Shown in pieces: positions 37,707 to 48,211 of a DNA stretch of 64,000 nucleotides. Every line of letters begins with the position of its first letter. Position 1 is the stretch's first letter. The position numbers were made by a program, and so were the translations under genes. This DNA is from Gammaproteobacteria bacterium (lineage in GTDB: Bacteria; Pseudomonadota; Gammaproteobacteria; Arenicellales; JAJDZL01). The stretch lies in assembly GCA_022823625.1 (NCBI GenBank), contig JAJEHQ010000038.1, positions 527-64,526 on the forward strand, in the 5' to 3' direction. The notes below the pieces were generated by a model. That model did no database searches and was not told the DNA's origin. It saw only the letters and a program-made list of their open reading frames with translations.

Positions 37707-39029
37707 ATGCTCCCCGTCGTCAGTATTGTCGGCCGTCCCAATGTCGGTAAATCGACCCTCTTCAACCGTCTGACCCGAAGCCGGAACGCTCTGGTTGACG
37801 ATGTTCCCGGAGTAACTCGGGATCGCATGTATGGATTGGCTGCCTCGGGTGACCGTAATTTCCTGATCGTTGATACAGGTGGATTAGGTGACGATGACGG
37901 CACGTTCTCTGAACTCATCAGTGATCAGGTCGAAGCGGTACTTGAGGAATCCGATGCAATCATTTTTTTACTGGATGCAACTGAGGGACTGACTGTCGCA
38001 GATGAGCAGATCGCGAGTCGGTTGGGAAAAACCAATTCTCCGATTTCGATAGCAATCAATAAGAGCGAGGGCTTGGTACCAGAGTTGGTGACAGCCGATT
38101 TTCAGGCACTTGGCTTCAGTGATCCAATTCCGATATCTGCCAAGCGGGGCAGTGGTGTTGCGAGAATGATCGAGCCCATTGTTCAGACTTTACCCAGAAT
38201 TGAAGATCCGCTCTGGCTCGATCCGGGGCCGAAGGTTGCAGTAATCGGTAAACCCAATGTTGGCAAATCTACTTTGATCAATGCACTTTGCGAAAACGAT
38301 CGACTGATCGTCAGCGATACGCCAGGAACAACGCGAGATACGGTAACAGTGCCGCTTCAGATTGGAGAAGCTCGATTCCGTTTTCTTGATACTGCCGGAG
38401 TCAGACGACGGTCGAGGGTGAATGAATCACTGGAAAAGCTCTCCATCGTCAAGACTCTGCAGGCAATAGAGGCCGCACATGTTGTCATATTGGTCATTGA
38501 TGGAACCGAGCCCGTTTCTGACCAGGATGCGACATTGGCTGGGCTGGTACGTCGTGCCGGTCGACCGGTCGTAATTGTGGTCAATAAATCTGACAGAATA
38601 CGGGCGGTACAACGATCAGATGTTTTGAAATCACTTCAAAGAAAGCTCGCTTTTGCCGCACATCATGAAGCCTTCTTTGTATCTGGACTGAAGCGTCAGG
38701 GGCTCAAGAAGTTGTTGCAGGCAGTTGGAAAGGCGTATCGCTCCGCTATGATTGAAATGCCGACAGCAGTGCTCAACCGCATGCTTCAAGACGCGGTAAC
38801 TCAAACACCTCCACCTATGTCAGGCCGACGTCCGGTTAAACTCAAATATGCACACCAGGGCGGCCGAAATCCGCCCGTCGTGGTGATCCACGGCAACAAT
38901 GTCGAAACCGTCGCAGATCACTACCGACGCTATCTGGAAAAGTACTTCAGGGAGAGATTTAAGTTATTCGGCAGCGATGTACGCGTTGTCTTTCGTTCCG
39001 GCAAGAACCCCTTCGATTCAAAGCGCTGA
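37707..39029 (+). CDS. der: Ribosome-associated GTPase Der/EngA
   Basis: Two G domains (GRPNVGKSTLFN and GKPNVGKSTLIN) plus a KH-like C-terminus. ATG 37707 gives the canonical MLPVVSIVGRPNVGKS N-terminus. Confidence 0.93.
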   Translation: MLPVVSIVGRPNVGKSTLFNRLTRSRNALVDDVPGVTRDRMYGLAASGDRNFLIVDTGGLGDDDGTFSELISDQVEAVLEESDAIIFLLDATEGLTVADEQIASRLGKTNSPISIAINKSEGLVPELVTADFQALGFSDPIPISAKRGSGVARMIEPIVQTLPRIEDPLWLDPGPKVAVIGKPNVGKSTLINALCENDRLIVSDTPGTTRDTVTVPLQIGEARFRFLDTAGVRRRSRVNESLEKLSIVKTLQAIEAAHVVILVIDGTEPVSDQDATLAGLVRRAGRPVVIVVNKSDRIRAVQRSDVLKSLQRKLAFAAHHEAFFVSGLKRQGLKKLLQAVGKAYRSAMIEMPTAVLNRMLQDAVTQTPPPMSGRRPVKLKYAHQGGRNPPVVVIHGNNVETVADHYRRYLEKYFRERFKLFGSDVRVVFRSGKNPFDSKR

Positions 39030-39037
39030 AGCTTTAC

Positions 39038-40384
39038 TCAGGAACTGACTGATTCCACATCAAGATCAAGTTTACCCTTGGCAAGTTGTGCCTTGACTTT
39101 GTCACCAGGTAAAACAGAACTTGCATCTGTCAGGATGGTGTTATCCTTTCTACTTCGAACAATCGCGTAGCCGCGATTGAGTGTGGCTTGCGGATTCATG
39201 GTTTCCAGTTGTATTGCAAGCGAATCAACCCGAGCGGCGAGTTTATCCTGTAAATTTGCTGCTGATTGCTTGAGGCGATCCACAGCGGAAACGAGATCTT
39301 TGGAAAACTGATCAATTTTTAGTGCCGGTGATTGATTCAACAATCTTTGGTAGTTGACTTTGACTGTTCCGCTTTGCGTATCGATGGTACGGTTGATCTC
39401 CGAAACAAGTCTATTGCTGTAAGCATTGAACTGATTTTTCAGATTTGTAATTCTCTCCTTCGGGTGTACAAGGCTTACCTCCGCCATATCGATCTGTTGT
39501 GTGAATTCGCGCAATCTGGACAGAACTCTATTGTGTAGATTTGATTCTAACGTCGAGAGTTTCAGCAACATTTCATCTATTGAAGGTGTACTGATCATCT
39601 CAGCCGCAGCGGTTGGTGTCGGCATTGGTTTATCTGCCACCCAGTCAACAATTGTCACGTCAGTATCATGCCCTATCCCACACACTATCGGAAGATCGCT
39701 CAAATAAACTGCGTCTGCTACTGATCGATCATTGAATACTGAAAGGTCTTCGAGTGAGCCGCCACCCCGGCTGATGAGCAGTACGTCAACATCCATGAGC
39801 TGATTTGCAAGTTCAATCGCCGAGACGATTTCTTTGGGGGCATTTTCTCCCTGGACTGAGGTTGGATAAATTGTTAAATGAACTGTTGGGTTTCTGCGTT
39901 TGAATGCATGAATGATGTCGTGTACAGCTGCGCCAGTTGGAGATGTAATGATTCCGACTCGACGTGGATGTGCGGGTAAACTCTTTTTTTTCTCTTGATC
40001 AAAGTATCCTAGCTCATCGAGTTCCTTTTTGAGCCGCAAATACTCTTGGTAAAGTTCGCCTTCCTTTGATCTTCCGATCTGCACATTTTCAACAAAAAAC
40101 TGGTAGCTCCCTCTTTGGGTAAAAATCGTAAGGTAGCCTTCAAGAACAACCTCTTTGCCATGATCAGGAATCTGCCGAATTTTGTTTCGGTAGACAGTAC
40201 CGGCAAATAGCACGCAACTAATCTCAGCAGCTTTGTCTTTCAGTGAAAAATAATAGTGACCCGCCTTTGACTTTGTGATGCTCGAAACCTCGCCGCACAA
40301 ACTGATCTGACTGAAACTGTTTTCCATAAGTTCCTTAGCCTGAGCATTCAACTCACTGACAGAGTAGATTTTGTTCTCTGACAA
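39038..40384 (-). CDS. xseA: Exodeoxyribonuclease VII large subunit
   Basis: N-terminal OB fold (YSVSELNAQAKELMENSF..GEVS) and catalytic core; 448 aa. Confidence 0.92.
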   Translation of the reverse strand: MSENKIYSVSELNAQAKELMENSFSQISLCGEVSSITKSKAGHYYFSLKDKAAEISCVLFAGTVYRNKIRQIPDHGKEVVLEGYLTIFTQRGSYQFFVENVQIGRSKEGELYQEYLRLKKELDELGYFDQEKKKSLPAHPRRVGIITSPTGAAVHDIIHAFKRRNPTVHLTIYPTSVQGENAPKEIVSAIELANQLMDVDVLLISRGGGSLEDLSVFNDRSVADAVYLSDLPIVCGIGHDTDVTIVDWVADKPMPTPTAAAEMISTPSIDEMLLKLSTLESNLHNRVLSRLREFTQQIDMAEVSLVHPKERITNLKNQFNAYSNRLVSEINRTIDTQSGTVKVNYQRLLNQSPALKIDQFSKDLVSAVDRLKQSAANLQDKLAARVDSLAIQLETMNPQATLNRGYAIVRSRKDNTILTDASSVLPGDKVKAQLAKGKLDLDVESVSS

Positions 40385-40442
40385 CAGTCTGATTCCGGTT
40401 CAGAGGAGATTCAGGGATGTAAGTAAAGGAAGCATTGAAGAA

Positions 40443-41909
40443 TTAACGCATCAGAAAGGGGTCCGGAATGGTATCTTCCGAAGTGTTTAACCAGACACTC
40501 TTTACCTTTGTATATTCCAGTGCTGCTTCAATTCCACCTTCTCGACCATATCCTGAAAGACCGTGGCCGCCGAATGGTACGATTGGAGAGACAGCGCGGT
40601 AGGAGTTGACCCAGACGACTCCAGCATCAATCTGATTGATCATGCGATGTGCTCTGGCAAGATTGCGGGTAAACACACCGGCAGCAAGTCCATATTCGGT
40701 ATCGTTGGCCATTTCGACAGCCTCTTCCTCGGTGTCAAATGTGAGAACCGAAAGCACCGGACCGAAAAGTTCCATTCTAATCGAAGGTGCATCGGGATGT
40801 TCGGAACAGTCCAGAATGGTTGGTTGAAAGAAAAATCCAGGCCGGTCGATATTGGCGCCACCTGCAACTAGTTTGGCACCTGCATCAATGGTGGATTCCA
40901 CCACTTCATTGATCCAGTTTCGCTGTCTTAGGGTACAAAGCGGTCCGACTTCCGTGCGCATGTCAGATGGATCATCAACGATCACATTCTGGGCGGTGTG
41001 CTTCAGTCTTTCAATAAAGGCTTCCTTAATTGACCTCTGTATGATCAAACGTGAGCCAGCGACGCAACTTTGTCCACTGGCTGCAAAAATAGCAGAAATT
41101 TGTGAATTGGTGGCGCTTCCAATGTCCGCGTCTTCAAACACAACAAAGGGTGACTTGCCTCCCAGTTCCAGAGAGGAACTGGCGAGATTTTCCGCACAAT
41201 GTCGCACGATGTGTCGAGCAGTTTCAGGTCCACCCGTAAACGCAACGCGGGAGACCTGGGGATGGGATGCCAGGACGGAGCCGCACTCCGGTCCAAATCC
41301 GGTGATGACATTGACAACACCAGGTGGGAACCCGGCTTCATCAATCAGCCGCGCAAATGTCAAAACCGGAGCCGCGCCGTCTTCCGATGCTTTGAGTACA
41401 ACTGTACAACCGGCAGCCAATGCAGGGCCAAGTTTGACAGCGGATAGGAACAACTGACTGTTCCACGGAACAATGGCTGCAACGACGCCGACGGGTTCTC
41501 GTTTAAGCCATACCTCCATGTCAGGTCGATCGATTGGCAAATGAGCGCCTTCCATTTTGTCAGCAAGACCCGCATAGTAGCGGTAAAAATCTGCGACGTA
41601 GTTGATCTGTGCACTGGTCTCTCGGATTATTTTTCCAGTATCGCGGGTTTCGATCTCTGCAACTGCCTTTGCATTTTTTTCAAGCAGTTCTGCAAGTCGG
41701 TAAAGTAGTTTGCCGCGTTGCGTAGCGCTCAGTCCTGCCCACTTCGGGTCGCGAAGTGCTCTTGCCGCAGAGGCGACAGCATTATTGACGTCCTCTCTTC
41801 GCGCTTCAGGCATCAAAGCCCATGGTTCTCCGTTCGCCGGGTTAACGGTTTCAAACGTGTCACTGCCGTTTTGAAAGTCGCCGTCAATGTACTGCTGAAA
41901 CTGGTCCAT
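40443..41909 (-). CDS. NAD(P)-dependent aldehyde dehydrogenase (paralog of 25937-27415)
   Basis: ELGGKSP and GQSCVAGSR; 488 aa. Confidence 0.9.
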   Translation of the reverse strand: MDQFQQYIDGDFQNGSDTFETVNPANGEPWALMPEARREDVNNAVASAARALRDPKWAGLSATQRGKLLYRLAELLEKNAKAVAEIETRDTGKIIRETSAQINYVADFYRYYAGLADKMEGAHLPIDRPDMEVWLKREPVGVVAAIVPWNSQLFLSAVKLGPALAAGCTVVLKASEDGAAPVLTFARLIDEAGFPPGVVNVITGFGPECGSVLASHPQVSRVAFTGGPETARHIVRHCAENLASSSLELGGKSPFVVFEDADIGSATNSQISAIFAASGQSCVAGSRLIIQRSIKEAFIERLKHTAQNVIVDDPSDMRTEVGPLCTLRQRNWINEVVESTIDAGAKLVAGGANIDRPGFFFQPTILDCSEHPDAPSIRMELFGPVLSVLTFDTEEEAVEMANDTEYGLAAGVFTRNLARAHRMINQIDAGVVWVNSYRAVSPIVPFGGHGLSGYGREGGIEAALEYTKVKSVWLNTSEDTIPDPFLMR

Positions 41910-42143
41910 GATTTTCCCTCAGGTAAGTTGCACTCTAGGCGTCGAAAGTGAATTGAATGACTCGCGCAAGACGAAATATTGTCCTTTTGTGAAAGTGAGG
42001 ATCAAGTTCGTTTGTCCATTTTAATTCAGTCAAAGTTTCCAGCGAGTAAATGGGTCAGTTACTAGTTGCACAATCGGTGATTTTCATTGAAAAAGGCATT
42101 GTTCTACTCATCAACATCACACCTGATTCGGTATAATGCACAA

Positions 42144-43604
42144 ATGGAGACCATCGATCAAGCCCTCACTTTTGATGACGTTCTTTTGGTGCCGGCTCGC
42201 TCCTCAGTCCTGCCCAAAGAAGTCAGTCTAAAAACTCACCTCACCCAAAAAATCATACTCAATCTGCCGTTGCTGTCAGCGGCCATGGACACCGTTACAG
42301 AGTCCAACATGGCGATCGCGTTAGCGCAACTGGGAGGATTGGGAGTGATTCATCGTAATCTTTCCCCGGAGCGACAGAGCGATGAAGTTCGACGTGTCAA
42401 GAAGCACGAAAGCGGAATCGTAACCGACCCCATCACCACCACCGCTGACAGAACAATTGCAGAAGTGATGGATTTGATGGCAAAACATCGGGTATCGGGA
42501 GTTCCAGTTCTTGATGACGGAAAACTCACAGGTATTGTTACCAATCGAGACCTTCGGTTTGAGAGCCGTACCAATGCCTTGATCACCTCAGTGATGACCC
42601 CGAAGAACCGACTGGTTACTGTTAGAAAGGGTGCCAAGAAACAAAAAATTCTCGACCTGCTCCACACCAACCGAATTGAAAAACTTCTGATCGTTGATAA
42701 GGATTTCCAACTGGAGGGACTGATCACCGTCAAGGATATTATGAAATCGCAGGTTTATCCCAACTCCTGTAAGGATGAGGATGGACGCTTAATGGTTGGT
42801 GCAGCGGTTGGAACAACAGCGGCTGAAATAGAACGTGTTGGCATGCTGGTCGATGCCGGGGTTGATGCTGTTGTGGTTGATACAGCACATGGTCATGCCG
42901 AACGGGTATTGGAACAGATTGGTGAAATCAAACGTCAGTTCTCCAATACTGAAGTAGTTGCGGGTAACGTTGCAACCGGTGAAGCGGCTTTGGACCTGGC
43001 CGAACAAGGGGCAGATGCTGTGAAAGTAGGAGTCGGGCCAGGTTCGATCTGTACCACCCGAGTGGTCGCAGGGGTAGGGGTGCCGCAGCTAACCGCTGTT
43101 ATCAATGTGTCCCGGGCACTGAAAGACACACCAGTAAAAGTAATCGCAGATGGTGGAATTCGTTATTCTGGAGATCTGGCCAAGGCCGTTGCGGCAGGTG
43201 CACACTCAATCATGGTCGGTAGCCTTTTGGGTGGTACTGATGAAGCTCCCGGCGAAATTGAGGTGTACGAAGGTCGGACCTACAAGTCCTATCGTGGCAT
43301 GGGGTCTTTGGGTGCGATGGAAGATGGTTCGAAAGATCGATATTTTCAGGAGACAGAGACCAAAAGCGTGAAACTGGTTCCGGAAGGCATCGAAGCCCGG
43401 GTACCATATCGTGGTTCAATGCAGACTGTCGTCCATCACCTGATGGGTGGACTTCGTTCCAGTATGGGATATACCGGAAGTTCGGATATTGATGCATTGC
43501 GAACACATGGTCGGTTTTTACGCATTACAAATTCGGGGATCCGTGAAAGCCATGTTCACGATGTTGAAATCGTTAAAGAGTCACCGAACTACCAGCGATA
43601 CTGA
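42144..43604 (+). CDS. guaB: IMP dehydrogenase
   Basis: [12 protein letters not shown] near the N-terminus, CBS pair, catalytic [11 protein letters not shown]-type loop ([12 protein letters not shown]). ATG 42144 gives the canonical N-terminus; the listed TTG 42087 adds 19 atypical residues. Confidence 0.93.
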   Translation: METIDQALTFDDVLLVPARSSVLPKEVSLKTHLTQKIILNLPLLSAAMDTVTESNMAIALAQLGGLGVIHRNLSPERQSDEVRRVKKHESGIVTDPITTTADRTIAEVMDLMAKHRVSGVPVLDDGKLTGIVTNRDLRFESRTNALITSVMTPKNRLVTVRKGAKKQKILDLLHTNRIEKLLIVDKDFQLEGLITVKDIMKSQVYPNSCKDEDGRLMVGAAVGTTAAEIERVGMLVDAGVDAVVVDTAHGHAERVLEQIGEIKRQFSNTEVVAGNVATGEAALDLAEQGADAVKVGVGPGSICTTRVVAGVGVPQLTAVINVSRALKDTPVKVIADGGIRYSGDLAKAVAAGAHSIMVGSLLGGTDEAPGEIEVYEGRTYKSYRGMGSLGAMEDGSKDRYFQETETKSVKLVPEGIEARVPYRGSMQTVVHHLMGGLRSSMGYTGSSDIDALRTHGRFLRITNSGIRESHVHDVEIVKESPNYQRY

Positions 43605-43722
43605 GTTTGCGATCGTATTCTTCCGACTGGCGTAGAGCGAAACTTCGACTGGTGCCGAATCAATCTGAATACTCATATATTGCTGCCGTAAAGAGCAAGG
43701 CAATTCTTTCCAGTCCGTAGAA

Positions 43723-45315
43723 TTGGTTGCAGACACTTACACACTGGAGTTGCCAGCAGAACGCGTTCTGGTTCTGGATTTTGGTTCCCAGTACACACAA
43801 CTCATCGCGCGACGCGTGCGCGAGTGTGGTGTTTACAGTGCGATCTATCCCTTCGATACACCCGTCGATTCAATTTTTGAGTTTCAACCGACCGGCATTA
43901 TCCTTTCTGGTGGTCCAGCCACAGTAACTGAAGAATTTACTGCTCGGGTTGCACCAGAAGTACTGCAATTGGGAGTGCCTGTACTTGGCATCTGCTACGG
44001 AATGCAGACCATTGTGGCACAGCTTGGCGGTCAGGTTGAAAATGCTCTGGTTCACGAATACGGGCATACCGAAATGAATCTAGTTGGCACATCGGAGTTG
44101 CTGACCGACACCAGTAGCGATCCGGTGAGTGAGGCATCTACCACCATGAATGTGTGGATGAGTCATGGAGACCGAGTGATCGAAATGCCTCCAGGCTTTG
44201 AATCCATTGCCGAATCCGCCGCCTCTCCCTATGCGGCTATTGCAGATACAAGCCGACATCTGTACGGGCTTCAATTCCATCCTGAGGTTACACATACAGA
44301 GGGCGGAAAAGAAATCCTCAAGCGTTTTCTCCTCGTCATCTGCGGGTGTTCATCTGGCTGGCAGACAGGATCAATTATTGATGCACAAATTGATAGCATC
44401 AAACAGATCGTCGGAACAGACAAGGTGATTTTGGCGCTTTCTGGAGGAGTGGATTCATCAGTATGTGCAGCTTTGCTGCATCGGGCGATTGGAGATCAGT
44501 TAACTTGCATTTTTGTCGATAACGGTTTGCTACGCTTGAATGAAGCACAGATAGTACGCAGGAACATGGTCGAAAAACTCGGTGTGGATGTCGTGACCGT
44601 TAAAGCAGAGGATCGATTTTTTACCGCGTTGTCAGGCGTGACTGATCCTGAAGAAAAGCGCAAGATCATTGGCCGGGAATTTATTGAAATTTTTCAGGAA
44701 CAATCAAGAGAGCTACAGGGCATCAAGTGGCTAGCTCAGGGTACGATTTATCCGGATGTCATCGAATCAGCGGGTGCAAATACCCAGAAAGCGAAAGTCA
44801 TCAAATCTCATCACAACGTAGGCGGTCTGCCAGACTCAATGCATCTGCAACTGCTGGAACCGCTACGGGAATTATTCAAGGATGAGGTCAGAGAAGTGGG
44901 CGTAGAACTTGGGCTACCACCCGATATCGTCTATCGCCACCCGTTTCCTGGCCCAGGCCTTGGTGTTCGAATTCTTGGGGAAGTCAAAAAACAATATGCA
45001 GAATTACTGCGACTTGCGGACGCAATCTTTATGGAAGAGCTGGTCAGAAATGATTTGTATTACGAAGCAAGTCAGGCTTTTGCTGTATTTTTGCCGGTCA
45101 AGTCTGTCGGTGTGGTTGGTGATAATCGCGCATATGAGTATGTGGTAAGTTTGCGGGCAGTTCAGACACAGGACTTTATGACTGCCAGATGCATGCGCAT
45201 TCCATTTGAAATACTCGAAGCAATTGCCAGTCGTATTGTTAACGAAATTCCTGGAATTAGTCGAGTCACCTATGACATTTCCAGCAAGCCACCAGCAACG
45301 ATTGAGTGGGAGTGA
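43723..45315 (+). CDS. guaA: GMP synthase (glutamine-hydrolysing)
   Basis: [20 protein letters not shown], GATase Cys in ICYGMQ, ATP-PPase SGGVDSS, C-terminal KPPATIEWE. Confidence 0.96.
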   Translation: MVADTYTLELPAERVLVLDFGSQYTQLIARRVRECGVYSAIYPFDTPVDSIFEFQPTGIILSGGPATVTEEFTARVAPEVLQLGVPVLGICYGMQTIVAQLGGQVENALVHEYGHTEMNLVGTSELLTDTSSDPVSEASTTMNVWMSHGDRVIEMPPGFESIAESAASPYAAIADTSRHLYGLQFHPEVTHTEGGKEILKRFLLVICGCSSGWQTGSIIDAQIDSIKQIVGTDKVILALSGGVDSSVCAALLHRAIGDQLTCIFVDNGLLRLNEAQIVRRNMVEKLGVDVVTVKAEDRFFTALSGVTDPEEKRKIIGREFIEIFQEQSRELQGIKWLAQGTIYPDVIESAGANTQKAKVIKSHHNVGGLPDSMHLQLLEPLRELFKDEVREVGVELGLPPDIVYRHPFPGPGLGVRILGEVKKQYAELLRLADAIFMEELVRNDLYYEASQAFAVFLPVKSVGVVGDNRAYEYVVSLRAVQTQDFMTARCMRIPFEILEAIASRIVNEIPGISRVTYDISSKPPATIEWE

Positions 45316-45493
45316 CGGCATGTATGGCAGTCGTTGACACCTGCAGGCATCTCTTGTAGATTCAAATACTTGATTAGCGGTTGGTAGGATACGCTAACGA
45401 TTCTCGGTAATAGCGAGCATTTGCTCTGCGGAGGCTTCGGGAGGGTAGTTAGCTCTTGCTCTTTCACAGAGCGCCTCGGTCTATATTGCCGGT

Positions 45494-46504
45494 TTAGTTT
45501 TGATCCGTGTCAGGTTGCAGCAGTTGTGCTCGGAAAAAACCAACATTGACCGCAAGCCCAGGAAGCAGGTATTGAAACAAACGCACAACGTCCAGAACTT
45601 CGTCCAGCGAAGCATCTCGTTTCGCGGCGGTCTGCAGTTGATCGCTGGTGAGTGCACCAGGGTTAGGTAAATCCAGTGCCAGTTGAACCGCTTTTTTATG
45701 GACCTTTGTAACCACAGAAGCATATTCGTCTGTTGCGATATTCGGTTTCAGATTCTGCCATGCCCTATCGAAATAACTGGGCCATCTTGCCAGGGCGCGA
45801 TAATCGGTATTGACGAAGGGCAGGCCAAGCGTGGTTTTGATATCTTCATATAACTCTTGCAATTGAGTATTGCCATGGTGAGGTTCAATCAACATCAATA
45901 ACGGAATGGGGCCATTCACTGGTAATTTCTTCACGAGGTTTGTCGATTGATTGCTGGAGAGGCTATGGTTTTCCAGCAGTAGACGCGCCTGAGTTGCCAG
46001 CATGATATAGGGCATGTTGCCAGCGGAAAAAACTTCGATCATATCCCGTATCTGGTCGATTTCCCCAGTAGCGTATCCCGCAGATAGCAACTCTCTCTCC
46101 AACGTTCGATGGGGTAAGGTGCTGGCGAGTTGCTCAACTTCATGGCGTAGTGTGTTGCAGGTTTCGTCGAATTGTTGGGAAGCACAAAGCGGGCGTAACC
46201 CATGCCACAACACAGAATAGAATTGGGTGTAATGGGCGAATGCCATTGTGACAACACCCATCCACGGAACTTGGAGCACCTGTTTTGTGTTCTGGTAGGT
46301 TTCCAACAAGGCCCCTTGAGCCTCGATTTCAGGCACTGGATGTATCGGTGGAGTCGGCGTAGGTTTAATCCGCCTTAAGGGACTGACAGCCATGTGATCT
46401 TCAATAGTGGGAGCATTCATAAACGGTTTCAAACCTCGATAGTCGCATCCATAGCTTGCCTGATATTCTGCTCGTAAACATTGACGGATTGTACCCGTTA
46501 ACAA
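45494..46504 (-). CDS. Conserved hypothetical protein, possibly DehI-like (halocarboxylic acid dehalogenase DehI fold) internal-repeat protein
   Basis: Two similar halves (..LLETYQNTKQVLQVPWMGVVTMAFAHYTQFYSVLWHGLRP.. and ..LQELYEDIKTTLGLPFVNTDYRALARWPSYFDRAWQNLKP..), as in the DehI pseudo-dimer. Assignment is from memory. The start is TTG 46504 or ATG 46420. Confidence 0.4.
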   Translation of the reverse strand: MLTGTIRQCLRAEYQASYGCDYRGLKPFMNAPTIEDHMAVSPLRRIKPTPTPPIHPVPEIEAQGALLETYQNTKQVLQVPWMGVVTMAFAHYTQFYSVLWHGLRPLCASQQFDETCNTLRHEVEQLASTLPHRTLERELLSAGYATGEIDQIRDMIEVFSAGNMPYIMLATQARLLLENHSLSSNQSTNLVKKLPVNGPIPLLMLIEPHHGNTQLQELYEDIKTTLGLPFVNTDYRALARWPSYFDRAWQNLKPNIATDEYASVVTKVHKKAVQLALDLPNPGALTSDQLQTAAKRDASLDEVLDVVRLFQYLLPGLAVNVGFFRAQLLQPDTDQN

Positions 46505-46703
46505 GATAACGTTGCTGGAATACTACGGTAGAAACAGTATGAATCCATCTCGACAGCGACGCTTTTCCCGTGGTTTTGACCTGCCCGGCAAATGTACCTG
46601 AGTTCATACCGACTCGGTCTAAATTCAATTAATATTTACTAATCCGATGATATCCAGCAACAAGAATGTTGCAACATAATCGCTGGAGGCAGCAAGAGGT
46701 GAC

Positions 46704-47063
46704 ATGATGGCTCTGACGAAACAATTTAAGGAAGCCATACAGGCACGCGCCCGAAGGGATCCCGCGTATCGCAAGGCCCTATTGCAAGAAAGTGTCGAAT
46801 GTTTGCTTGCAGGCGATATTAATGCCGGCAAGGCATTGCTACGCGACTATATCAATGCGATGATCGGTTTCGAGGAACTCTCCTAGAGGTTTGATATATC
46901 GAGCAAAAGTCTTATGCACATATTCCGCCCGAAAGGTGATCCCCAAGCGAACATCTTGATTGCGGTGATTCATTTCCTGCAAGAGCAATTGGTAGTGCCA
47001 CTCCATTTTTTAGTCGTGAATATTATCAATTACTTAAGTCATTTAATGTTAAAGTTCGGTTAA
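46704..47063 (+). pseudogene. HTH antitoxin-family gene interrupted by an in-frame TAG
   Basis: A good SD (AGAGGTG) precedes ATG 46704. MMALTKQFKEAIQARARRDPAYRKALLQESVECLLAGDINAGKALLRDYINAMIGFEELS, then TAG (46884-46886), then in-frame RFDISSKSLMHIFRPKGDPQANILIAVIHFLQEQ. The family consensus as I remember it runs through this point without a stop. Confidence 0.6.
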
Positions 47064-47443
47064 GAATGGCAGGCAATCCAGCTTGCCAATTCCTTCTCCG
47101 AAATTTCTCCCGCAGCCAATTTCATAAAAATTCGGTATTTTTCAGATTCTAACGCGAACAGATCCACTCCATTTAACATCAGAAACAGGCGACAGACAAC
47201 AAAGGCTGTGCGCTTATTTCCATCAATGAACGGGTGATTGCTCACTATTCCGTAAGCATAAGCAACCCCTAATTCAGCGATGTCCGGAGTTGGCTGTTTG
47301 AAATAATAGAGGTTTTGGGGTCTGGTTAAGGCTGATTCCAACAGTCCATGATCTCGTACACCCTCTGGACCACCATGTTCTGCAATTTGTCTGCGGTGAA
47401 TTGCATACACAACATTTTCCAGAATCCAGATAGGTTCAGCCAC
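47060..47443 (-). CDS. doc: Doc (death-on-curing) Fic-domain toxin
   Basis: Fic/Doc motif HPFIDGNKRTAF; 127 aa. 1-nt overlap with the upstream antitoxin gene. Confidence 0.9.
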   Translation of the reverse strand: MAEPIWILENVVYAIHRRQIAEHGGPEGVRDHGLLESALTRPQNLYYFKQPTPDIAELGVAYAYGIVSNHPFIDGNKRTAFVVCRLFLMLNGVDLFALESEKYRIFMKLAAGEISEKELASWIACHS

Positions 47444-47667
47444 TATTCACTCAATTTTTTGAGCACATTGCGGTCTTCACGCATTATGTTTTCCGCCACA
47501 TCCATCTGACGCGCAAATTCGGGATCATAGGGGCTTAGTTCGATACCGTTTGAAGTTTCTGTTGCATAAAGCACATCGCCTTTCCTCACTCGTAATTTGG
47601 CAAGGACTTCTTTACCCAGAACGATTCCTATGGAATTTCCTACGGTAGTTACCTTCATCCGATGCAT
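47443..47667 (-). CDS. AbrB/MazE/SpoVT-type antitoxin (Phd functional analogue)
   Basis: MKVTTVGNSIGIVLGKEVLAKLRVRKGDVLY is a swapped-hairpin AbrB-type N-terminus; 74 aa. Confidence 0.85.
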   Translation of the reverse strand: MHRMKVTTVGNSIGIVLGKEVLAKLRVRKGDVLYATETSNGIELSPYDPEFARQMDVAENIMREDRNVLKKLSE

Positions 47668-47680
47668 AATTCACCTCTTT

Positions 47681-47696
47681 TATAACGATAGTTATA
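47681..47696. promoter_or_regulatory. Palindromic operator candidate for the antitoxin/doc operon
   Basis: TATAAC-GATA-GTTATA, immediately upstream (minus-strand sense) of the AGAGGTG SD and the ATG at 47667. Confidence 0.5.
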
Positions 47697-48211
47697 ATAT
47701 TCCATCTTTGGTGTCAAGTCAATCAATCATTAAACTGAGGGCTTTGCGTTCGCACAAATTCCTGGTAACCGACGAAACTTTGAGTGCCCGAATGTCGGCT
47801 AGTGCGGCTTTTTATATCTGCCAACTCCGTTTCAGGCGATGATTGCGATATTTAAATAGCGGCAAAATCAGACCCCGAGCAAATTGAGGCCGCGTACAAC
47901 CCCTTGATAGTGCTACTTGGCCGATGGGGTGCAAACTGCGCGAATTCACTCGAATATGGTCAGGGTCCCTGTTGTCAGGCGGTTTTGTGGGGAAAAGAAA
48001 AAGAAGGCCTTTTAAATCACGCACGATGTCAAAAAGTTACAACCAAAAATACTGATCGAAAATGCCTCAAAACCATACAACCACTTTCGTGTGAAAATAG
48101 CTACATGGATTGTTCACACGTTTCTACGAATTGGGGGTGAGTACAGACTGTAATTAAACCTATCAATCGCGATCTTCACAACATTCAGCGCTACATAAAA
48201 ACCAAAAGAAT

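Noticed and set aside
25937-41909. Two ~490-aa aldehyde dehydrogenase genes (25937-27415 and 40443-41909), considered as a recent duplication.
   Set aside because: The proteins are clearly diverged paralogs, sharing mainly family-wide motifs, and sit in different contexts and orientations. There is no nucleotide-level repeat.
48100-48140. Possible duplicated guaA 3' end (..YMDCSHVSTNWG* versus guaA ..[14 protein letters not shown]) as an attR of a guaA-targeting island.
   Set aside because: Only about 14 of 18 nt match at the very end, and that needs two gaps. Similarity further upstream is near random. I kept it only as a note inside the guaA-downstream finding.
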